From an uncultured Clostridia bacterium (GTDB taxonomy: Bacteria > Bacillota > Clostridia > Christensenellales > CAG-314), in assembly GCA_947053925.1 (NCBI GenBank), contig CAMRUG010000001.1:68768-132767 (forward strand): a stretch of DNA of 64,000 bases, read 5' to 3'. A program made the position numbers and the translations under genes. Below the pieces are notes generated by a model, which was not told where the DNA came from, ran no database searches, and saw only the letters and a list, made by a program, of their open reading frames with translations. Positions 10,932 to 19,706 of the stretch are shown here, piece by piece; within the stretch, counting starts at the first letter, position 1; each line of letters begins with the position of its first letter.

Positions 10932-11089
10932 ATATTCCTCCTAAAATGAAGTTTGCTTGACAAAAAATACTCGCAATTAAAATAAGTATACACTAAATTA
11001 TTTTGATTGACAAGTCTTGCGAATATTTTGCTTTGCGGTTATAGAAGTCGGCTTTACAGTCTATGTTTTAATTTTTTTATTGCAAAACA

Positions 11090-11119
11090 TTGACAAGCCG
11101 CAGTAAAAAGTGGTATGCT
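11090..11119 (+). promoter_or_regulatory. SigA promoter of the leader/ABC importer operon
   Basis: TTGACA (11090-95), 18 nt, TATGCT (11114-19) with extended TG. Confidence 0.7.
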
Positions 11120-11152
11120 TTTAACATATTTTTTGACAGGATAAAAAATAAA

Positions 11153-11221
11153 ATGACAAAACGCAACAACTTTTACTTTGCATATCGCTTTTTTTACTAC
11201 TTTGCAGATTGTGTAATGTAG
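11153..11221 (+). CDS. Phe/Tyr-rich attenuator leader peptide MTKRNNFYFAYRFFYYFADCVM
   Basis: 22 codons after an AGGA; 9 of codons 7-17 are Phe or Tyr; lies between promoter and terminator. Confidence 0.8.
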   Translation: MTKRNNFYFAYRFFYYFADCVM

Positions 11222-11274
11222 CGGTTGCTGACGGAGAAAAGTTGTTAATTTAAAATTGTACATTTAGATTACTC

Positions 11275-11310
11275 AAGACTCTTTCGACAATCGGAAGAGT
11301 TTTTTGTTTT
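11275..11310 (+). terminator. Attenuator terminator upstream of the ABC importer
   Basis: AAGACTCTTTCGA-caa-TCGGAAGAGTTTT followed by TTGTTTT, 5' of the structural gene RBS. Confidence 0.8.
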
Positions 11311-11327
11311 ATTTAAGGAGAAAAATT

Positions 11328-12296
11328 ATGAAAAAACTTTTGACAATCGTTATTACGGCAGTTCTTTTGATAACCTGTATTTTAACGCTTATATCGTGCG
11401 ACTCGGCAGATTATACCGTAGGTATATGTCAACTTGTTACTCACGATGCTCTGGATGCCGCAACGCAGGGTTTTATGGACGCGTTGCAAGAGGAAATGGA
11501 TAAGGCGGGTAAAACGGTAAAATTCGATTTGCAAAACGCGCAAAACGACGCAAGTATTTGTACAACGATAGTCAACAAGTTTAATGCTCAGCAAGTTGAC
11601 TTGATTTTGGCAAATGCTACCCCCGCTTTAGACGCGGCACGCAGCGTTACCAAAACAATTCCGATTCTCGGAACGTCTATTACGGAATACGGTGTAGCTT
11701 TGGGGCGCGACGATATAACAAACGGTATTATAGGCGGCAATATCAGCGGTACAAGCGATTTGGCTCCTCTTGACAGACAGGCGCAAATGATTGTCGACTT
11801 GGTGCCGTCTGCGCAAAAAGTCGGTTTGCTGTACTGTTCGGCAGAACCCAATTCGTCTTTTCAGGCTAACGAAATAAAAAAGTATCTTGAAGCGGCAGGT
11901 AAAACTTGCGCGGTTTATACCTTTACCGATACCACGGATATTTCCGCCATAGCCGAAAGCGCCGCGCAAAACAGCGATGTGATTTATGTTCCTACTGACA
12001 ATACTGTCGCCCACAACACTTCAACTATAGATACCGCTTGCAAAAAGTACAATGTTCCCGTAATAGCGGGAGAAGAAGGCATTTGCAAAGGATGCGGCAT
12101 AGCGACGCTTTCTATCAGTTATTATAATTTGGGCGTTGCAACGGGAAAGATGGCGGCGCAAATACTGCTTAACGGTGCAGATATTTCCACGATGAAAATT
12201 GCCTATGACGAAGAGCCTGTATATAAATACGACAAAGAACGTTGTGAATTATACGGCATTACGGTTCCCGATAATTATGTTGAACTTGTAAAATAA
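11328..12296 (+). CDS. ABC importer substrate-binding lipoprotein (ABC_sub_bind, TrpX-like aromatic amino acid family)
   Basis: Lipobox LISC; VGICQLVTHDALDAATQGF, NISGTSD, YVPTDNT motifs; AAGGAG RBS before ATG 11328. Confidence 0.88.
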   Translation: MKKLLTIVITAVLLITCILTLISCDSADYTVGICQLVTHDALDAATQGFMDALQEEMDKAGKTVKFDLQNAQNDASICTTIVNKFNAQQVDLILANATPALDAARSVTKTIPILGTSITEYGVALGRDDITNGIIGGNISGTSDLAPLDRQAQMIVDLVPSAQKVGLLYCSAEPNSSFQANEIKKYLEAAGKTCAVYTFTDTTDISAIAESAAQNSDVIYVPTDNTVAHNTSTIDTACKKYNVPVIAGEEGICKGCGIATLSISYYNLGVATGKMAAQILLNGADISTMKIAYDEEPVYKYDKERCELYGITVPDNYVELVK

Positions 12297-12324
12297 AATA
12301 TTATAAATATAAAGGAAAAATAAA

Positions 12325-13251
12325 ATGTTATTTTTACGGACAATCCCCGGCGCAATATCTTTGGGACTGATATGGGGAGTAATGGCAATAGGTCTTTACA
12401 TATCATACAAAATTCTCGATTTTGCCGATCTTACGGTAGACGGTTCTATATGCACAGGCGCAGTGGTTTGCGCTACGTTGATGAATGTCGGCGTGCCTAT
12501 GCCTGTTGCTTTGCTGATAGCGGTTTTGGCAGGGTGCGTATGCGGACTGATTACGGGTATGTTCCATACTCTTATGGGAATTCCTCCCATTCTGTCGGGG
12601 ATTCTTACCCAACTTGCATTGTGGTCGGTAAATCTCAAAATTTTGGGCAAGGCTCACGAATCGTTAAACGGCGACAAAGTGTTTTTGTTGGTACAGCAGA
12701 TGAATCAGTGGCAGACAATACTGATAATGCTCGGCATTGTCGCCGTTTTAACAGGCTTGTTGTACTGGTTTTTCGGAACAAAAATCGGAAGCGCAATCCG
12801 CGCAACGGGTTGCAACGAACGAATGGCGCGTGCACAAGGCATAAATACCAAAGCCGCAAAGGTGTTGGGACTTGCGGTTTCTAACGGCGTTGTGGCATTG
12901 TCGGGGGCGTTATTGTGTCAGTATTTAAGTTCTGCGGATATAAATATGGGACGCGGGGCGATTGTTACGGGGCTTGCCGCGGTAATTATCGGGCTTGCCG
13001 TCGTCAGCAGAATTTCATCTAATTTTGCCGTACGGCTCATAGGAGTAGTGGTCGGGGCAATAATTTATTTTACGGTATATCAGTTTATCGTTAATTTAGG
13101 CTTTGATACGGATTTGCTAAAACTGTTATCCGCATTGCTCGTTGCGCTGTTTTTGGCAATACCTTATTGGAAGAATAAGTATTACAGAAAAAGACCGCGC
13201 TGTAAAGAAAAAACCGCGCAAGGAGGAGACTCAAATGTCGGACAAAACTAA
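12325..13251 (+). CDS. ABC importer permease (TrpY-like, BPD_transp_2)
   Basis: LDFADLTVDGS, GSAIRATGCNERMARAQG, ADINMGRG motifs. Confidence 0.88.
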   Translation: MLFLRTIPGAISLGLIWGVMAIGLYISYKILDFADLTVDGSICTGAVVCATLMNVGVPMPVALLIAVLAGCVCGLITGMFHTLMGIPPILSGILTQLALWSVNLKILGKAHESLNGDKVFLLVQQMNQWQTILIMLGIVAVLTGLLYWFFGTKIGSAIRATGCNERMARAQGINTKAAKVLGLAVSNGVVALSGALLCQYLSSADINMGRGAIVTGLAAVIIGLAVVSRISSNFAVRLIGVVVGAIIYFTVYQFIVNLGFDTDLLKLLSALLVALFLAIPYWKNKYYRKRPRCKEKTAQGGDSNVGQN

Positions 13252-14092
13252 AAAAACTTGCGCACAGTCTACGGAAAACACGCAATCGATGGCTGGAAAC
13301 ATTCCTATGTTGTCTATAGAAAATGTTACAAAAATTTTCCACCGCGGTACGGTTAACGAGAAAGTTGCGCTCAACGGCATAGCTATGACTCTTGACGAAG
13401 GCGACTTTGTAACGGTAATAGGCGGTAACGGAGCAGGTAAATCCACATTGCTCAACGCTGTTGCCGGAGTGTTTGCAATTGACAGCGGTAAAGTAATAAT
13501 TGACGGCATAGATGTAACTAAAATGCCTGAACACAAGCGCGCAAGCGTTGTCGCGCGCGTATTTCAGGATCCGATGATAGGCACGGCGGCGTCTATGAAT
13601 ATAGAAGAAAACCTTGCTCTTGCCGGTATGAGAGGAAAACGGCGTACTTTAAGTTGGAACGTGAACAAAAAGGACAAAGCAACTTATCGCGAACTTGTGG
13701 CATCTTTGGAGTTGGGATTGGAATCCCGTATGAATGCAAAAGTGGAATTGTTATCGGGCGGACAGCGTCAGGCTTTGACTTTACTTATGGCAACGCTTAA
13801 TAAGCCGAAACTGTTGCTTTTAGACGAACACACTGCCGCATTAGACCCTAAAACAGCGGCAAAAGTTTTGGCGTTAACCGAGCAAATAACAGCCGCAAAC
13901 AATCAAACAACAATTATGATTACCCACAATATGAAAGACGCTCTCACATACGGCAACAAAATTGTTATGATGAACGAGGGCGAAGTAATATTTACCGCGC
14001 AAGGCGAAGAAAAACAAAAATTAACCGTTAGCGATCTTCTTACCAAATTCCACGAATTGGGCGACGAAAACGACAGAATTTTGCTGTCGTAA
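13235..14092 (+). CDS. ABC importer ATP-binding protein (TrpZ-like)
   Basis: GGNGAGKST, RVFQDPMIGT, LSGGQRQ, LLDEHTAALDP; GGAGG RBS before ATG 13235. Confidence 0.9.
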   Translation: MSDKTKKTCAQSTENTQSMAGNIPMLSIENVTKIFHRGTVNEKVALNGIAMTLDEGDFVTVIGGNGAGKSTLLNAVAGVFAIDSGKVIIDGIDVTKMPEHKRASVVARVFQDPMIGTAASMNIEENLALAGMRGKRRTLSWNVNKKDKATYRELVASLELGLESRMNAKVELLSGGQRQALTLLMATLNKPKLLLLDEHTAALDPKTAAKVLALTEQITAANNQTTIMITHNMKDALTYGNKIVMMNEGEVIFTAQGEEKQKLTVSDLLTKFHELGDENDRILLS

Positions 14093-14300
14093 ACAATATA
14101 TTTTAAATGCGGCAGCGGGATGTATTAAACCGAAGATATTTTTGCAAGTAAATTAAAGGCGGTGATAGACCGATGTTAAGCAGGCAAAATAATGTTTTTT
14201 AAATATTATTTGCGTTTGCGAACGAGATTTCTTTAAACCGTTGTTGATATGTATGTTATAACTTAAAGCAACAAATCGACTGTCAAGCAACGGGCATTTG

Positions 14301-14329
14301 TTGACCGTATCGGTAGGTTGTGCTACAAT
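14301..14329 (+). promoter_or_regulatory. SigA promoter of nagA
   Basis: TTGACC, 17 nt, TACAAT with extended TG. Confidence 0.6.
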
Positions 14330-14352
14330 TGTCTTAAACAAGGAGAAAACCG

Positions 14353-15438
14353 ATGATTCTTTATAAAAACGGGCAGGCGTTAATAGACGGCAAACTTATC
14401 AAGACAGATATAGTTGCAAATCACGGACGGATTATAGCAATCGAAACAGACGTTGTGCCTGACGAACAAACAGAAGTAATTGACTGTGCGGGCAAATACA
14501 TTTTGCCTGCGTTAATAGACACGCATACTCACGGTGCAAACGGATATGATTTCAATTCGGCGGATATTGACGGAATGAAAAAGATAATGGAGTTTTACAT
14601 TTCGCACGGGGTCGGAACTGTTTTCCCTACTGTAATGACCGATTCTGATGAAACAATGTGCCGTCAATTATCGTTAATTGCCGAGCTTGCAAAAGACTAT
14701 CCCGAAGTCAAAGGAATTCATTTGGAAGGACCTTTTTTGTCGGAAAAGTTTTGCGGTGCAATGCCTGTACGGTATTTGCAAAAGCCGTCGTTCGATAAGT
14801 TTTTAGAATACCAATCGGCGGCGCAGGGATTGATAAAAATTATCACTGTCGCGCCCGAGTTGCCTAATGCAATAGAGTTCATTACCGAAGCGGTAACAGC
14901 GCGCGTAAAGGTATCTATCGGACATAGCGGCGCGGACGGCGACACGGTAGAAAAGGCTTTGAAAGCGGGAGCAACTTCGTTTACGCACTGGGGAAATGCT
15001 ATGGCTCCGCTTGACAGGCACAACCTTAATGTTGCGGGAGCAGGAATGTTAAGCAATGCGTATTGCGAAGTTATATGCGACGGCAAGCACGTTGATAAAG
15101 ATGTATTGAGACTTCTAATTAAAACCAAAGGAATAGACAAAGTTGTAGGGATAACGGACAGTATAATGGCAACGGGGCTTCCTGACGGCAAGTATAAGTT
15201 GGGCGTAAACGACGTTACGGTAATTAAAGGAGACGCTAAAATTACAGGCACGGATATACGCGCAGGCAGTACGTTGGACGCTTATTCGGGACTTGCGAAC
15301 GTAGTAAGCTTTACTGGTTTGCCTCTTGCCGAAGCTATCAAACTTTGGACGGTAAATCCTGCTAAGCGCATAGGAATGTTTGACCGTTTAGGAACAATCG
15401 AGGTTGGTAAGGACGCCGATTTTATTTTGTTCGGTTAA
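14353..15438 (+). CDS. nagA: N-acetylglucosamine-6-phosphate deacetylase
   Basis: DTHTHG, GIHLEGPF, GHS, TH.GNAM, DGKHV, AGSTL motifs. Confidence 0.93.
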   Translation: MILYKNGQALIDGKLIKTDIVANHGRIIAIETDVVPDEQTEVIDCAGKYILPALIDTHTHGANGYDFNSADIDGMKKIMEFYISHGVGTVFPTVMTDSDETMCRQLSLIAELAKDYPEVKGIHLEGPFLSEKFCGAMPVRYLQKPSFDKFLEYQSAAQGLIKIITVAPELPNAIEFITEAVTARVKVSIGHSGADGDTVEKALKAGATSFTHWGNAMAPLDRHNLNVAGAGMLSNAYCEVICDGKHVDKDVLRLLIKTKGIDKVVGITDSIMATGLPDGKYKLGVNDVTVIKGDAKITGTDIRAGSTLDAYSGLANVVSFTGLPLAEAIKLWTVNPAKRIGMFDRLGTIEVGKDADFILFG

Positions 15439-15590
15439 TTACGGTATAGTCAACGTTGCAATTTACACGTTTGTGTTTTTTTTTGTAAAATAGTTCCGTT
15501 TTGGGCATTTTATATTTTTAATCAAACAATTATAAATTGTGCTTTATGCTATCCTAAAACCGATTTTATAGTAAACCGTATTTACAGTTA

Positions 15591-15619
15591 TTGACAAGTA
15601 TTTAAAAATTTGCTACAAT
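15591..15619 (+). promoter_or_regulatory. SigA promoter of the riboswitch-SPFH unit
   Basis: TTGACA, 17 nt, TACAAT with extended TG. Confidence 0.75.
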
Positions 15620-15652
15620 AATAATGCAAGGCGGAAGTACCGCTTGCGTAAA

Positions 15653-15745
15653 TATGAGGGAGTAATCGGTGTGTATACACTGCTCAAACCGTCAGCACAG
15701 CTTACTTAAAGTAAGTTCGGTAGAGATTAAAGTATAAGACTCATA
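15653..15745 (+). ncRNA. yybP-ykoY (Mn2+) riboswitch candidate upstream of the SPFH gene
   Basis: P1 TATGAG/CTCATA, L1 GGAGTA...AAGA, P3 ACCG/CGGT with TCAGCAC loop; the P1 3' strand is shared with a terminator. Confidence 0.7.
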
Positions 15746-15775
15746 CGGAGTTTTCCGTGTGGGCTTTTTGTTTTT
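15740..15775 (+). terminator. Riboswitch expression-platform terminator
   Basis: CTCATACGGA-gttt-TCCGTGTGGG then CTTTTTGTTTTT. Confidence 0.75.
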
Positions 15776-15870
15776 AAACATAATACGGAAAACTCGTATA
15801 GCCGCTACGTCTTGTAAATAATATTATACAAATGCGGAAGTGTTTTTCAGCACTCCGCGAAGGAGTTATT

Positions 15871-16920
15871 ATGTTAGGAACAATTATAGCAATTATTTTA
15901 GTTTTAATTACAGCGGGCAGTATTGCAGGCGCGGTCGTTTTCAATACAAAAAAACGCCGTAACAAAAAGTTGTTTGTATCGTGCATATCGGTAGCGGCGG
16001 CTTGTTTTGCGCTGTTTATGTTTGTGCCTTTTAGCATACACACTGTTCAGCCAGGTCAAGTTGCCGTAGTTAAGGTGTGGGGTAAGGCAGAATATACCCG
16101 TACTGCAGGCACATATTTTGATTTTTGGATTAGCAATCAGTACGATTATTACGATGCTACCGTCCAACAAAAAGAAATCGAAACAATGTGCTACTCGTCC
16201 GACGCGCAGGCAATGGATGTTGAAGTCGTAGTGCAGTATCAAATTCAATCGGACAGAGCAGTAGAAATAGCCAACAAGTATCGCGGGTTGGATAATTTGA
16301 GCAGGCTTATAAGTAACGTTGCAATCGACAAAGCCAAAACCGTTTTGTCGCAAAAATCGGCAATGACAATAATCGAAACCCGCGCAACGGTTAGTCCTGC
16401 AATCGAAGAAGAAATTAAAAATGTCGTAACGGAAGGCTACTGCGTGGATATCGTGGCTGTTGTTATTACCAATATCGATTTCTCGGATGCTTTTGAAGCA
16501 ACCGTTGAAGACAAGATGATAGCAGAACAGCAACAGTTAAAGGCCAAGTACGAAAAAGAAAAAGCCATTATCGAAGCGGAAAAGGAACTAGAAGTTGCCA
16601 AACTTGCCGCTCAAGCCAACATTGCCAAGGCAGAAGGTGATGCGGAAGCCGTGAGAGTCAAAGCGCAAGCGGAAGCAAACGCTATCAAGCTTAAATCTAT
16701 CGAAGTGGCGCGTATGCTAGGCTTTCCCATTACCGAAACGGAGTCCGACGACGGCACGGTTTACGACATTGACTTTACGGGCAAAACCGAAGCGGAAATA
16801 AAGGTAATAAGCGATTACCTTAGATATATCGAGTACCTTGAAGTTTGGGACGGCAAGTTACCTACCGTTATGGGCGGCGATAACGCCAACGTGTTTATTC
16901 CCGTCAATCCCCAAGCGTAA
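15871..16920 (+). CDS. SPFH/prohibitin (band 7) family membrane protein
   Basis: N-terminal TMs, SSDAQAMDVEV, NIDFSDAFEATVEDKMIAEQ, Ala/Glu-rich coiled coil, WDGKLP; AAGGAG RBS before ATG 15871. Confidence 0.9.
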   Translation: MLGTIIAIILVLITAGSIAGAVVFNTKKRRNKKLFVSCISVAAACFALFMFVPFSIHTVQPGQVAVVKVWGKAEYTRTAGTYFDFWISNQYDYYDATVQQKEIETMCYSSDAQAMDVEVVVQYQIQSDRAVEIANKYRGLDNLSRLISNVAIDKAKTVLSQKSAMTIIETRATVSPAIEEEIKNVVTEGYCVDIVAVVITNIDFSDAFEATVEDKMIAEQQQLKAKYEKEKAIIEAEKELEVAKLAAQANIAKAEGDAEAVRVKAQAEANAIKLKSIEVARMLGFPITETESDDGTVYDIDFTGKTEAEIKVISDYLRYIEYLEVWDGKLPTVMGGDNANVFIPVNPQA

Positions 16921-16948
16921 GGCATACCTGTTCTTAATAAAAAAACGC

Positions 16949-16977
16949 TTGACACTTTGTTTCTTGCAAGTTATAAT
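16949..16977 (+). promoter_or_regulatory. SigA promoter of rpmE
   Basis: Perfect TTGACA, 17 nt, TATAAT. Confidence 0.85.
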
Positions 16978-17032
16978 ACAATAGCACGATTAGGAGACCG
17001 CTCCTAAAATTTAAAAGGCGAGGTAATGCAAA

Positions 17033-17239
17033 ATGAAACAAGGTATACATCCGAATTATCACGAAGCGACTGTTGTATGTGCTTGTGGCGCAACCTTTAA
17101 GACCGGTACGACAAAAGATACCGATACTATCAAGGTGGAAATCTGCAATAAATGCCATCCTTACTTTACAGGTAAGCAAAAGTTGGTAGACGCAGGCGGA
17201 CGCGTAGACAAGTTCAAGAAGAAGTACGGACTTCAATAA
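17033..17239 (+). CDS. rpmE: 50S ribosomal protein L31 (Zn-binding, C+ type)
   Basis: [33 protein letters not shown]. Confidence 0.97.
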   Translation: MKQGIHPNYHEATVVCACGATFKTGTTKDTDTIKVEICNKCHPYFTGKQKLVDAGGRVDKFKKKYGLQ

Positions 17240-17249
17240 CAGTAATTTT

Positions 17250-17287
17250 AACGGACAACTGGAAAACAGTTGTCCGTTGTTTTTTTT
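17250..17287 (+). terminator. rpmE terminator
   Basis: AACGGACAACTG-gaaaa-CAGTTGTCCGTT plus T run. Confidence 0.85.
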
Positions 17288-17296
17288 GCAGAAATT

Positions 17297-17418
17297 AAAT
17301 ACGCAACGCAAGGCACGGACTCTTGCAGTGCTTGCCTTTGCTTACGCAAGCAAGCCTTGCAATCATCTGTGCCTTTACGCTAACGCTAGTTTGACTTTCC
17401 GTCAAACGTTGCGTATTT
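17297..17418. repeat. 122-nt nested palindromic element with 12-bp terminal inverted repeats
   Basis: AAATACGCAACG...CGTTGCGTATTT enclosing AAGGCACGGA/TCTGTGCCTT, GCTTGC/GCAAGC and TTTGAC/GTCAAA stems. Confidence 0.6.
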
Positions 17419-17501
17419 TGAATAGTAAACCGTATGTTAATTGAGAAAGATAGGACTTGTGTTTTGTATATGATTTAAAAAATTGTACAAACAAAGCAAG
17501 C

Positions 17502-17536
17502 AACAGCCGCTCCGTGTGGATCACGAAGCGACTGTT
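17502..17536 (-). terminator. Minus-strand hairpin, probable terminator for the mntP unit
   Basis: AACAGUCGCUUCGUG-aucca-CACGGAGCGGCUGUU pairs fully only on the minus strand (G-U pairs), followed by a U-rich tail. Confidence 0.5.
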
Positions 17537-17773
17537 AAATAAAATGTAATATTAAATATAACTTTAAGGATAGCAATTTCGGCAAACGAGTGTGTCTATT
17601 TAACAATAATATTTATGCTTAACAGACTTTGTGCAATTATTGTCTGTTAAAAGCATTGTATCAATTTTTCAGTTAAAATTTCAATATCGTTAAAATGCAG
17701 TCTGTTTATGTAAGTAGCGTTAGTATTTTTTTACAATAGTTCTTATGAACAATATTTTATGTATATTTTTTAT

Positions 17774-18418
17774 TTAAAAGAAAACGCCGCTTATCAGTAT
17801 TTCTAAACCGATTGCAATAAGTACCGCACCGCCGACTATTTCCGCCTTACTGCCAAGTTTATCACCGAATTTTTTGCCTAAAAAAATTGCACCGAGCGAC
17901 AATGCAAAAGTAACGACGGCAATTATCCCCGAACACAGTAGTGCCACCCAAACACTGCTTCCTGCAATTTCCGACAATGAAAAACCCGTGGACAGCGCGT
18001 CTACGGATGTTGCCAACGCTTGTAACAACAGCGCAGCAAAAGTCAACTTTTTTACGGTTTTTGTTTGTTGTTTGTCAACAATATCGGTTGTGGATTGTTC
18101 TTGCGCCGCGTTCTTTTCCGAGCGTATTTCTTTTATTCCGTCGTAAAGCATTTTGCCGCCAATTATTGCAAGTAAAACAAAAGCAATATAGGGCACATAT
18201 TTAGTAAATGCGGTAAATTTATCTACAACAAGCGTTACGCACGTCCAGCCAATCATCGGCATTAAGGCTTGAAAAAACGCGTACATAAACGCAATAAGCA
18301 CTGCCTTGCCGTTTCTCATTTTCGGCTCGTTCAGCCCGTTGGTCATAGAAACGGCACAAGCGTCCATTGCCAATCCTATGCCGAGAAACAAACTTGACAG
18401 TATTATTTTCCACCACAT
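17774..18418 (-). CDS. mntP: Manganese efflux pump MntP family
   Basis: GLAMDACAVS, FQALMPMIGW, ATSVDALSTG, KAEIVGGAVLIAIG. Confidence 0.92.
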   Translation of the reverse strand: MWWKIILSSLFLGIGLAMDACAVSMTNGLNEPKMRNGKAVLIAFMYAFFQALMPMIGWTCVTLVVDKFTAFTKYVPYIAFVLLAIIGGKMLYDGIKEIRSEKNAAQEQSTTDIVDKQQTKTVKKLTFAALLLQALATSVDALSTGFSLSEIAGSSVWVALLCSGIIAVVTFALSLGAIFLGKKFGDKLGSKAEIVGGAVLIAIGLEILISGVFF

Positions 18419-18421
18419 AAA

Positions 18422-19519
18422 CTAAAAACTCCAACCGAAAACCGTGCGTAATATTAAATATGTCAAATATACAACGTATATGCACAGTAACGAAATGCCG
18501 TGCGCTCTTTTTAACTTTCCTTTTAATGCAAATACAAACAGCAAAGCGGTTGCGGCAAGCATTACCAAAGCGTCAATTAAAACTTGACTGCCTGTTGTAA
18601 GCGGATTTACGGTTGCGGCAATACCCATTACAAACAGCATATTAAACAGGTTGCTGCCTATAACGTTACCCAAAGCGATTTCGTTTTCGCCCTTTTTTGC
18701 GGCAATTGCGCTTGTTACAAGTTCCGGCAGAGATGTGCCTACGGCAACGATAGTAAGTCCAACTATCGACTCTGCCAAGTCTGCATCCAGATGCATTGCC
18801 GAAGCGCCCTTTAAAGCCAAGCCTTTTGCGCCGAACACAACAAATTGTCCGCCTAAAATTATGCCTACCGCGCCGACGATTACAAGAATAATTGCCTTCC
18901 ACAAAGGCATTTCTTTGCTTTTAACTTCTTCGTTGTCGTTTTCCGTTTCTATTTGTTCGGGGTGTTTTTTTGCCATAACTATAACGTAAGTCATATAGGC
19001 TATCATCAAGACTACTAAAATAATGCCTTCCCAGCGGGTTATTGCAAGGTCGTTAATGTCTGCCGCAGAGTTAAGCCCGAACAAGCCTACAAACAAAACA
19101 ACGATAGCGGTTGCGCCAAGTAAAATAGGCATTTCGCGGCGGCTTACGTTTTTTCTCACTGCAATGGGGGTAAACGTAACGGATATACCCAACACTAGCA
19201 AAATATTGCAAATATTAGAGCCGATTACGTTGCCTATTGCGACGTTTGCATTTTGGTTTTCGGCAATGCACTGAATTGCGTCCGAAACGGAAACTGCAAG
19301 TTCAGGCAAGGACGTGCCCATTGCAACAATTGTTAATCCGATAATAAGCGGAGAAATTTTGAGTTTTTTTGCTATTGTGCTAGATGAGTCTACAAAAATA
19401 TCGCAGAACTTGACTAAGCAAAACACGCCCAGTGCAAGCCCGACAACATACATTGCTATCTGCAAGGCAGGGTGCCAGTTTTGTATTAAACCGTTTAACA
19501 ATTCGACAATATCTTTCAT
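18422..19519 (-). CDS. Calcium/sodium antiporter (CaCA, YrbG-like)
   Basis: Two alpha repeats: GLTIVAMGTSLPEL...GNVIGSNI and GLTIVAVGTSLPEL...GNVIGSNL. Start moved to ATG 19519 (AAGGA RBS) because the longer ORF runs into the riboswitch. Confidence 0.92.
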   Translation of the reverse strand: MKDIVELLNGLIQNWHPALQIAMYVVGLALGVFCLVKFCDIFVDSSSTIAKKLKISPLIIGLTIVAMGTSLPELAVSVSDAIQCIAENQNANVAIGNVIGSNICNILLVLGISVTFTPIAVRKNVSRREMPILLGATAIVVLFVGLFGLNSAADINDLAITRWEGIILVVLMIAYMTYVIVMAKKHPEQIETENDNEEVKSKEMPLWKAIILVIVGAVGIILGGQFVVFGAKGLALKGASAMHLDADLAESIVGLTIVAVGTSLPELVTSAIAAKKGENEIALGNVIGSNLFNMLFVMGIAATVNPLTTGSQVLIDALVMLAATALLFVFALKGKLKRAHGISLLCIYVVYLTYLILRTVFGWSF

Positions 19520-19571
19520 ACTTTTATCCTTTTGTTGTAACAAAATGTGTACGACGGTAGTGCGTAGCGGT

Positions 19572-19620
19572 AAAAAAATACGAGACCTTACACCAACTGA
19601 AACGTCAGCATAAGTCTCGT
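19572..19620 (-). terminator. Riboswitch expression-platform terminator
   Basis: Minus strand ACGAGACTTATGC...GTGTAAGGTCTCGT followed by A and a T run. Confidence 0.75.
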
Positions 19621-19694
19621 TCTTCAATGTCTAACCTGGTCTACTCCATAATGTAGGCAAGACAACTATATTTTATAGCGAACTACTCCCTTAC
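19610..19694 (-). ncRNA. yybP-ykoY (Mn2+) riboswitch upstream of antiporter-mntP
   Basis: Minus strand TAAG-GGAGTA-GTTC...GAAC-GAGA-CTTA, P2 GCTATA/TATAGT, P3 TGTCT/AGACA; canonical mntP context. Confidence 0.85.
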
Positions 19695-19706
19695 GAGTAC
19701 TTAACT

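Noticed and set aside
11120-11310. T-box riboswitch upstream of the ABC importer
   Set aside because: No TGGNACC T-box bulge or specifier-stem motifs seen; a leader peptide explains the region better
16985-17032. L31 autoregulatory leader RNA
   Set aside because: A TAGGAG/CTCCTA hairpin is present, but I cannot match it to a specific leader family by eye
19520-19627. N-terminal extension of the antiporter given in the ORF track
   Set aside because: Overlaps the riboswitch terminator; an RBS precedes the internal ATG at 19519
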